From Eledone cirrhosa (taxonomy: Eukaryota), in assembly GCA_964016885.1 (NCBI GenBank), contig OZ024747.1, forward strand, positions 92,876,001-92,940,000: 64,000 nt of DNA. Reading direction: 5' to 3'. Below, piece by piece: positions 54,778-64,000 of this stretch. The translations under genes were made by a program, and so were the position numbers. Under the pieces are notes generated by a model. The model worked only from the letters and a program-made list of their open reading frames with translations, was not told the DNA's origin and did no database searches. How positions within the stretch are numbered: position 1 is the first letter of the stretch; each line of letters begins with the position of its first letter.

Positions 54778-54950
54778 GGCAGTATCGGTAGAGGGTTGGA
54801 CGCCATGCTTTGCAGCAAAGAGTTACAGCCCTTTATGGTATGAGTTCATATCCTGCCGAGGTTAACTTTGCCTTTCATCCTTACTAAAATAAAGTACCAG
54901 TAATACACTGGGATAATTGCTGGCCTTGTGCCAAAAGTAGAAACAATTAT
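54778..54950 (+). mobile_element. Family A SINE
   Basis: Head, core (small deletion) and tail. Confidence 0.9.
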
Positions 54951-55020
54951 TAACTATTAAAAATAGAAATATAATGTTAAAAATAAAAAATTCTTTGTAT
55001 ATTCTTTGTCTGGTAGAAAA

Positions 55021-55285
55021 CCCAGTCCATACTGTAAAGTTGTGGTGTAGGTGTCACTGCAAAAAGCACCCAGTCCACACTGTAAAGTGGTTGTGTAGGT
55101 GTTACGGCAAAAAGCACCCAGTACACACTGTAAATGAGGTTGGCGCTAGGAAGAGCATCCAGCTGTAGAAACCAAACCCAAATTGGTTCTGTATGAGCAT
55201 GACCATGCTCACAACAGGATAACTCGTCTAACCCATGCAAGCATAGAAAAATGGACATTAAACGGTGATGATGATGATGATAATG
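55021..55285 (+). mobile_element. Family B SINE with three internal sub-repeats
   Basis: cccagtccacactgtaaa x3, core, (GAT)n tail. Confidence 0.85.
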
Positions 55286-56203
55286 ATTTTAATAATATAC
55301 TAGTTACTAAACAGAAAGTTGCAAACTTTAGTCCAACCCCCAATATTTCACTGTTACTTATCAATCCCAGAAGAATAAAAGGTAAAGTTGACCCTGGCGA
55401 CATTTAGGACATAAAATATAACAAGAAATTTTGTCTGATGCTCTGCCAATTCTACCACTTTTAATATTCAAAATAATAATCAAAAGAATAAGCAAAATGA
55501 TTTCATACTGAAAAAATGAAAACTGACAGATTATGGTTAGGAAGATTTGAAGTTCTCTGATACTTTTATGAAAGCCTTGTTGTGATTCCATTTCTTTAAA
55601 TGAAAAACCAATACAAAATGTTTCAACATTCCAAATCCATTATTAAATTAATGCCTTTTAACTCCAAATGAAATTCCTTGCCATTTTCAAAATATTCAGA
55701 TTTAATTGAACCATTCCTAACACTTAGCATAACAAAGACTCAGTTGAAACATCCTGGCAGTGCAATCTCTCAGTTGACAATGTAGTGATTCCTGTCTACA
55801 TCCAATGAAAACTTGTCTAGTCATTATTGTTCTTATAATTTCTCTGAGCTTTTCTTCTGTCAAAGCTATAGACTAAAGCTACAATGTTAGTTTACCCATA
55901 GGCTAAATACTATCCTTCTGTCCTAAAACAACATTTAAATAATTTCTGAGTTCATTTATTCTTTCTAATCATCAATCTGTAGAACTGAAACGACATTAAT
56001 TGGACAAATCTCATTTGACTTGTTTATCTTCTGTTTCTAGGATTATTAAGATCAGCAAAAAAAAAAAATGAAATATAATAATAATAATAATAATTGTTTC
56101 TACTTTTATCCCAGTGTATTACTGGTACTTTATTTTATCGACCCCATAGTAGTAGTAATAATATTATTTTAAAAGGATTGACGTTACTCTTCACAAAGGT
56201 AAA

Positions 56204-56345
56204 TAGACAATACGAAGAGCGCGATGCGATTGCAATCGATATTTTATTGGTTGAACGCTATTTCGACAGCTAGTCTGTCTTGTAGAAATATCATTCAGCC
56301 AATGAAATATCTATTGCAATTGCATCGCACTCTTCGTATTGTCTA
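56204..56345. mobile_element. Palindromic MITE bounded by TA
   Basis: tagacaatacgaagagcgcgatgcgattgcaat… pairs with …attgcaattgcatcgcactcttcgtattgtcta. Confidence 0.88.
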
Positions 56346-56350
56346 ATAAT

Positions 56351-56449
56351 AATTGTTTCTACTTTAGGCACAAGGCCAGCAATTACCCAGTGCATTACTG
56401 GTACTTTATTTTATCGACCCCGTAAGGATGAAAGGCAAAGTTAACCTCG
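56351..56449 (-). mobile_element. 5'-truncated family A SINE at the MITE edge
   Basis: 20-bp TSD tcgtattgtctaataataat. Confidence 0.9.
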
Positions 56450-58517
56450 TATTGTCTAATAATAATAATGATAATAAACAACTAGGAAACTATGGAGGAT
56501 CAATCAAAACCAGGAAACTATGGCGAATCAGACACATAGATGTGGTACCAATATAAAAATCATATATGCACATGCACATAAATACATGTACACAGCCTCA
56601 AAAGCACAAAAACTAGAATATGATTGTAAATACTAGTTGTTTGTTAATTTTACCAGGAAGTAAAACTATGAAGAAAGCCATGTATTTATTACAAAAATAT
56701 AATACATATGAAATCATCCTGTTTTACATCCAGCATGGAAAAATTATTTAAAAACGGTGATGATGATGATGATGATATGAACCATATGCTCTCAACAAAA
56801 TACAACCAGGAAATATTCATGAAAACATGTCTAAAAATGTATTTCATATTCACTTCTTTAATTTATAAAAAAGAAAAAAGAAGAAGCAAAATCTTTAAGC
56901 ATACTGTCTAGACATTTCAAAGAGTATGCCTTGATTTTTTTCAGAAATTGTATTAAGAGTAACACTGTATCCTTTCACCAGCTAATATTCCAGTATTATC
57001 ACCATGACAACAACACTGTAAATAGGATTCTGTAATACATTCCCAAAATTTCACTGATATTTTTATAATCATCTCCTCATCTACTCCCAACACAATAATT
57101 TTGAACAAGAGACTAGTCATGCATCTGTTATCTCTAATTTATGTATGTTCAATAGCATTTTAAATTGAAGATCATCAGACTTAATCTGTCTTTTATTTTT
57201 TTGTGCTCATGACCCCAAATCATAAGTTCATTCTTTTTCTTGATATGCAATATAAATATAAAAAAAAAATGTCAACCTACTAAATAATGATTAAATAAAT
57301 ATATAAAAGTCAGAATATAGAAAGAGAGTGAGTATAAATGAGAAAAAAAAAAAAGCAGTTCAACTAAGAAAATGAATAAAATTTAAGATACATTAAAATT
57401 CTGATCAAATGCTTTGCTTCCTAACAGGTTAGTTGAATAAACTACTATAAAAAGGGAAAGTGACATGAAAGAGGAAGTAAAGTGGGGGGAAAATTGATTT
57501 GCAAGATTAATATAAATGTAAATGAAGTGGATCAATACAAAAAGACATGCATCTAACTTGGCACCAACAGATTAGATCATTAATCAACTGGATTGTATCA
57601 CAAAAAAGTGAAAAGTACAATTTAAAAAATCCTGATCGGATTGTATTGAATATATCAAACAGCATTTGGGAAAGCTGCTTATAGAAAATTGGAAAATGGG
57701 GTAAGAAGAATTGATTGGTATAATTAAAAACATAAGTGAATGCTTATAAATATGATTTTTTTTTTAGGGGAGGGGAAGCCTCAGACAATTTACTGTAAGT
57801 AATGAAATAAGCTTTATAACAATATAGAATATGATGTTGAAATATAAAATAATTATGAATGCAGACAGATGGTAAAATAAAATGACATTATTTAGTTAAC
57901 ACAAAGATTTTAAAATATTAAACACCACAAAAGATAAATAGATAAAACTTTCATTGAGAATTGCTTTTATTCAAATAGCAAAATTTAACTGGAAGGAATT
58001 ATACTTGTTTCCTAATATCAGATTGTTTATATTTTACTGTTTAATAATTTTACATAAGCAAAATGAATGTACAGCTTTAACATTTATATAGCAAAACTTA
58101 TTATTCACACAGAATAGTGTTTGTTTTTGTTGTTGTTGATGATGATGATAATTACAACGGTAACATTGATTATGATCATCAACCAATCTAATTTTTTATT
58201 GATCCAAAGAAGGTTATATTTAGAGTCTGTAAATGGTCTCAGAATGGAAGGGCATGAAATATGACTACTATAAAGTTTGACAATTTCGAGGCTACAAATA
58301 CATATTGATACAAGGGTGAGGTTGAGTTCTAAAGAAATAAATCCTGTCGTTACAGATATCAAAACAGTCCAATAGCTACCTGGAAGAGTTTACTCACTTC
58401 CTCAATTCCTGCCCCAGCTTGCACATCCAATAAATGCCAGCATGCAAAGACAACTTCCACCTCTTGTCCAACTTCTTCCAGCATAGAAAAGCAGGCCCCA
58501 CCTTCATACCCACCCCA

Positions 58518-58640
58518 CCCATGCCAACACACAAAGATGGATACCCCCACCTCACCCATGCCAACACACAAAGATGGATACTCCCACCTCACCCATGCCA
58601 ACACACAAAGATAGATACCCGCTCCCCAATCTAACCCATG
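58518..58640 (+). repeat. 37-bp tandem repeat x3
   Basis: cccatgccaacacacaaagatggatacccccacctca at 58518, 58555 and 58592. Confidence 0.9.
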
Positions 58641-58939
58641 GAAAACTGGGTTTGCCCCACTTTATACCATGATGAAATGATTTAGGAAATGTTATCTAGC
58701 TGGAGAGCTCATACCAAAACAAAAATGGAATATATGAACTAGACATGGTCTCCTGTCCAGGTTAGTCTCAGAGGATGACAAGCGACTGGGTTCAGACAAG
58801 CAAGTGAAATAGATATTTAACGAGGATGAGGATGTACTGCCATCCACCCCATCCCCACATTGACACACCTGACACATCTATCCTGTCTAACCGATGCATG
58901 CATGGAAAGCTGGACACGCTCCACACCTGCACTTCCAGT

Positions 58940-59281
58940 GTTGGTGCCACAACAAAAATCACCCAGTCCAGGCTGTACAGTTATAGTGCTGGTGTCACAA
59001 CAACAAAAAACACCCAGTCCACACTGTTAGGTAGTCATACTGGTGCCACAATGAAAAGCACCCAGTTTACTTTGTAAAGTGGTAGCATTGGTGCCATAAA
59101 AAAGTTCCCAGAACACACTGTAATGTGGTTTGTGTTAGGAAGGGCATCCAGCCATAGAAACCAAGCCCCAAAAAATCCATCTGAGCAAGAGGTGGTCACC
59201 TGAACTGGATAGCTTTGTAACATAACATGACATCTAATCCATGTAAGCATGAGAAATAGACATTAAATGGTGATGATGATC
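58940..59281 (+). mobile_element. Family B SINE with ~4 internal sub-repeats
   Basis: ggtgccacaa…cacccagtcca…ctgt x4, core, (GAT)n tail. Confidence 0.8.
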
Positions 59282-59412
59282 ATCATGTAGATTCCAATAA
59301 AGTTACAGTATATAGTAAGCTATATAAGTAGTCATAAAAACATTTGTTGTTGCAGCTGTTGGTAGGTAGTTTCAGTACAGTTTACACAAGAGAACCAATT
59401 AGCAATAGATGA

Positions 59413-59638
59413 TTAACCCTTTAGCATTTAAACCAGCTGTATCCAGTCAGAATTCTCTCACCTCTTTCTGTCCAAACCAACAGTAATTGGCTGCTCATAT
59501 TTATGTTAAAGTATTGTTCTCAAAATAAATATCAAAATCTCATAGATTCGATATTATGTGGGATAATTATGTGAAACAAAGCCTTTACTGTGAAAATATA
59601 ATAGTAAATATAGAGTAATGTAAAGGCTAAAAGGTTAA
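59413..59638 (+). mobile_element. Family C piggyBac MITE
   Basis: TTAA-bounded, matches the other family C copies. Confidence 0.88.
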
Positions 59639-59796
59639 AGAATAATTTCAATGACATTCTAATCATGGTCATTGAACAAGACAAGCAACTATATAGAAGC
59701 TTCTTCACAAATCTAGTGGTAGCCAGGCTGTAGTATAGGGAAGATAGTATGACACTAAGTGTTATGTAATCAAAATTAAACTACAAACTATGTGAT

Positions 59797-60140
59797 GGAG
59801 GCACATGGCTTAGTGGTTAGAGCATTGGCCTTGCAATCGAAAGATTGTGAGTTCAATTCTCAGACCGGGTGATGTGTTGTTTCCTTGAGCAAGACACTTT
59901 ATTTCACATTGCTCCAGTTTACTCAGCTGTAGAAATGAGATGATAGGGACTGAGGTCCCTATCATTCCACTGCAAAGTGGTCGTGGAGGTGCCACGGCAA
60001 AAAAGCACCCAGCACTCACTGTAAATGAGGTTGGTGTTAGGAAGGGCATCCAGCTGTAGAAATCAAGCCAGCATCAGTTCCCGTCCCACCCTTGCAAGCA
60101 GGGAAAAAGCGGACGTAAAATGAAATGATGATGATGATGA
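59797..60140 (+). mobile_element. Full-length modular SINE: tRNA head, CORE-like domain, family B body and RTE-like (GAT)n tail
   Basis: tggcttagtggttag A box, gagttcaattc B box, ccttgagcaagacactttatttcac, ttaggaagggcatccagc, cttgcaagcagggaaaaagcggacgtaaaa. Confidence 0.88.
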
Positions 60141-60689
60141 AACTATATAGAGTTTGAAGTCATATAGAGAAAAACAAAAACAAAATAGGAGCTATGAAGA
60201 AAATAAGTCTTGGAAGGCTAACCAAGTTGTTTACCAGAAAATTTGATGGCAGTATATAAGTAATGAGCAAGGAGTAATGTACAGAGGAGAATTCCTCAAG
60301 AGAGATTAGTGTAATAATCAAGAGCTTTTTTTAAAAAATAACAGCTTTGTTTCTATTATGTTTTTGGAAATCTTCATTGTGAAAGAAATAGGGATAAAGT
60401 TTGAAAAGAAGGGAGAGTTGTCTTTTACAATATATATATATATATACATATATAGGTTGACAAATGAAAATCAAAAATGTCATGGCTCAGTGCTTAATTA
60501 GTTCATTGCTTTATGATTGTTTCAAAAGGTTGAATGAACTATGATAATATCAATATATTGACCAATTGATAGCAGTTATGGAACTCAATATTATTAAAAT
60601 CTCATTGTTTAATATTCTCTAAACATACTCATTGAAGATTAGTACAAGTATGTTAAAGTCATTTCTCCTGCTAAACCAAACAATTTCCA

Positions 60690-60820
60690 TCTATCCAATT
60701 TCAGTCACAAACGCAAGGGTCAACCCAAAGCTATGGCACCTGGCCAAGATGTCATGAGTGGAATCAAACCCAGGATTGTATGACTGCAAAGCAAACTTCT
60801 TAACCATTCGACTATGATGC
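60690..60820 (-). mobile_element. Old tRNA-headed SINE (related copy ~2090-2225)
   Basis: Reverse of tggttaagaagtttgctttg…ggtttgattccact. Confidence 0.6.
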
Positions 60821-60981
60821 ATCTACTTGATAATTGCTAAAAGTTGAATATTCTTGATAATTGCTAAAAGTTTAACAAAACAAATAGTAGCAAATGGTTA
60901 TCTCCCTATTAACATTGTCAAATAAAACAAAAAAATTATATTTCAATGCCATGCATTTTAAAGACATAAAAATGTATTTAC

Positions 60982-61108
60982 CTGGAAAGGCGAATTCGCA
61001 AAATAGCAACAGAAGTCAAATCACCCAATAAATGGTCGATAGAAGACTGTGCAGTGTCTGTAATCGTTTCAAAGGAAATTGGTTTCCAATTTTTCAACTG
61101 AATTACCC
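60982..61108 (-). CDS. dve: Internal 127-nt exon of dve/SATB-like gene (C-terminal part of ULD/CMP domain)
   Basis: ttttttcag|GGGTAA...TTCCAG|gtaaat. Translates GVIQLKNWKPISFETITDTAQSSIDHLLGDLTSVAILRIRLS, resembling SATB1 ULD [41 protein letters not shown]. Phase 2 end matches the next exon. Confidence 0.92.
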
Positions 61109-61994
61109 CTGAAAAAATAAAAAAATAAAATGTGAGCAACATTTGAATTTTTGACAAACGTATTTATAAAAAAGTATAAAAAGAGATATTATTGCTAATT
61201 CTTATGATATGCCCTCTGATTTTCCGCTTCCTGTTATCCTATAGGAATAAGGAAAGAGAATGCAGTAGCTCTGATGAGAGAGATGAAAGAGAAAGTGAGG
61301 AAGAATAAATATATAAATAGGCAAGAAAGATGGAAAAAGAAGAGGACAAACAAGCAAGACAGGGAGCAGGCAATGAAATATAAGGAGCAGATAATATTTG
61401 TAGAAACAGAGAGAAGTTGTGTTTGATATTAAAGTATATGCATGGAGAGGGGTTTGCAAATGAAAATATAAGTGGAGGCAGTTTTCCATTGAAAGAAAAG
61501 AAAATATATAGAGTGATAAAGAGGAAGGGGAAAATGATGACATATGTAAATAAGTTATACTAATGAAAGGGAGTGGAGGTGTGATAGAGTAAGAGTAAGG
61601 AAGTAAAGAGATGACTTTTCAAATATACAAAAAAATAAAATTATCCAAGAAGTCAATGTTTGATGTGAATTAGAAAGATGTGTTGCAAAGTGACAAGATA
61701 AGAAGAAATAGAATCAAGGCTGAGGTAAAACGAATAACTAAAAAAAAAATACAAAATGAATCAAGAAAAAATGTAGCAGGGATTAAAGGAAAAGACATAA
61801 AGGGCTTCTGCAATGAGATAGAAATAAACCCTGTAATTTTTTATGGATAGGTACTGTGCTAGTTATGATATAAAACATTAGGACATACAATATTAAAATA
61901 CTCTTTTTTAAATCTATGGAAAAAAAAGACATAAAATTTGTAAACATATACATAAATTAATAATAAAGGCCCCCATCGATTTTGTACCTAAAAA

Positions 61995-62241
61995 GTTTCC
62001 CTCTGAAGCACAAGTCTGGGCATGGTGTGTTTAAGGAAGACCAGCAATCACCCATGCATACCAGTCTCTCCTCTCTATGCCACTAAAGTTGTCCAAGGGA
62101 AAGGCAATGGCTGAGTGAACTGGAGTAATGTGAAATAAAGTGTCTTGCTCAAGGACACAATGCATCGTGCAGTCCGAGACTCAAACTCACAACCTCTCAG
62201 TTGCAAGCCCAATGCTCTAACCACTAAGCCATGTGCCTTCA
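61995..62241 (-). mobile_element. tRNA/CORE-type SINE with a different 3' body
   Basis: 62110-62241 is the reverse of the 59797 head and CORE. 61995-62110 is an unrelated body. Confidence 0.8.
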
Positions 62242-64000
62242 CAAATTAATATAAAGCATAAAGTTAGATAATTGACATTTCTTAGAAAAGTAACATTACC
62301 ATTACATAATCTATATTGTCATAGAATGTGGTAAAAATATTTAGTTAACTCCATTGCTATTAATTACACCAAGAATTACCCAATATCTTTTAATATTAAT
62401 TCAATACTATTTGTTTGAGCAAAGCTAAATTCAAAACCTACACAATTATTTGATTGTGATATATATGATTGAAAATATTGATCACAGTTCTATTTGTTTC
62501 AAAATTTGCCAACAATTTCAATAATATTTTTGAATTAATCACACAGCCATGTTTAATTAGTTATTCTTTGTCATTTAATACTTATGCTTTATATTTCAAT
62601 GACATATAGTCAGTATTTGATACAAATATGATTATTGAATAACATATTAGCTTTCTAAAATTAAATCTCTGCAATCTAATGCCTGCTTTAAGTGCTTCCA
62701 GTTCAAGTGGAATGTAATATGTAAACATCGGTGCACATGTGCCCATTTAGTGCACATATGTGTCCATTTAGTGCCATATAAAAACTGATGTTTTATTATT
62801 ATACTGAAATATTTCTTAATGATGATGTTCAAAATGAATCCAGCTCCATGGAGCCATTATTTCCTTGCAGTTGATGAAGTCAATTAGCTTTCATAGTACA
62901 TCTTTTAAGTGTCTAGCTATGTTTTTAGTTTATAATATGGATTTAGATTGTCTCATTTCAAAATGAAATGATGTAAGACATACAGCATATATACCTTCTG
63001 TGTACTCTTGAAATAATGTATAAACTGCAAGCCTACTTGAATTGTAAAGTCATTCTTATAAAAAATAAATGATTTTATAAGAATAATTATCATTGTCATC
63101 TGTTACCTATCAATTGATTTGGCTGTCATTTTCCCTGAAATATCTATATGAAAATTGTTGCTTGGAACAAATTAAATGTAACTGTAATAAAATATGAACC
63201 ATTTTTATCACATGTCCAAATGGAATCAATCAATCATACCACTCGTTTATATTTTTCCATATTAAAGAATAAATCAATACGCTTGCATATAGTGTTCAAC
63301 CTATAGATAACTATGCTTGCAACTATAACTAAGACAATTGCTAACTTCAGCTTCCTACAATTTTTTGGCACATTATTTAATATTGTTTAAATCATCAAAA
63401 TGAATTTATTTCATTTCCACCAATATCTACCAAAACAAATTAATAATTCACACTGCTAAAATTATTTTTCAATTACCGTTAAAAACACTCATTTACATCA
63501 TTATAAAATTATAATTATTCTACAACTACTCGTATACTCCCTAGGATAGTCATCCCTGAAATACCCAACAGAAAGATGAAAAAAAAAAAAGAAAGAAAAA
63601 AAAGAAATCATTGTTAAAATTAAGACTATATAAAATCTAAATATAATAAAATCTAGTTTAATTGAAAAGAGTTAGGCATGTTTATTTTACACTAATTACA
63701 AAAGAGAATGTTAAATCAATTAAAATTCATTGCAAGATAATTTTATACAGCCAATATTTTTTTGGTACATTAATATATTGTTTCTAGTTTTTTTATTATA
63801 TTAATATATTGATAATAAAAAAAATAATTAGCTGAGTTCTCTTACTTACAATGGTAAAAAAAAAAACAATCTCATCTTTTTATCCAACTGTCATCAATTA
63901 CAATTGGAAAGCTTGAAAATAATTAATAAAATTTATTTGCCAGAAATGTGGCAGAAACAAATACAAAGACCCACTCTTTGATAATATGCCTGTACTACTA

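Overview
AT-rich, microsatellite- and SINE-dense animal genomic DNA. The repeat repertoire looks octopus/coleoid-like; this is an inference, since no database was consulted. One protein-coding gene is supported: the 3' three coding exons (minus strand; 61108-60982, 51247-51142, 31946-30237) of a Compass-family dve/SATB-like homeobox gene. They splice in frame with GT-AG sites and encode the end of the ULD/CMP domain, a CUT-like domain and two atypical K50 homeodomains. The 5' exons are not identified and probably lie beyond the right edge. The rest is intron or intergenic DNA containing about 20 copies of a tRNA-headed Meta-domain SINE, (GAT)n-tailed SINEs and their probable RTE partner, a decayed Tx1/L1-type LINE, RTE fragments, piggyBac, hAT and Tc1/mariner MITEs, foldback hairpins and simple repeats. 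Most unusual observations: (i) several degenerate minimal hammerhead-ribozyme motifs in short unique islands inside (TA)n/(TG)n tracts, probably Penelope-like relics, one inside a spacer-less palindrome; (ii) a GC-rich bipartite RTE derivative with a structured 5' end; (iii) repeated conversion of SINE sub-modules into tandem arrays. No prokaryotic-type system or CRISPR array is supported. Nearly all other ORF-track entries are artefacts of simple repeats. Boundaries of degenerate repeats are approximate.
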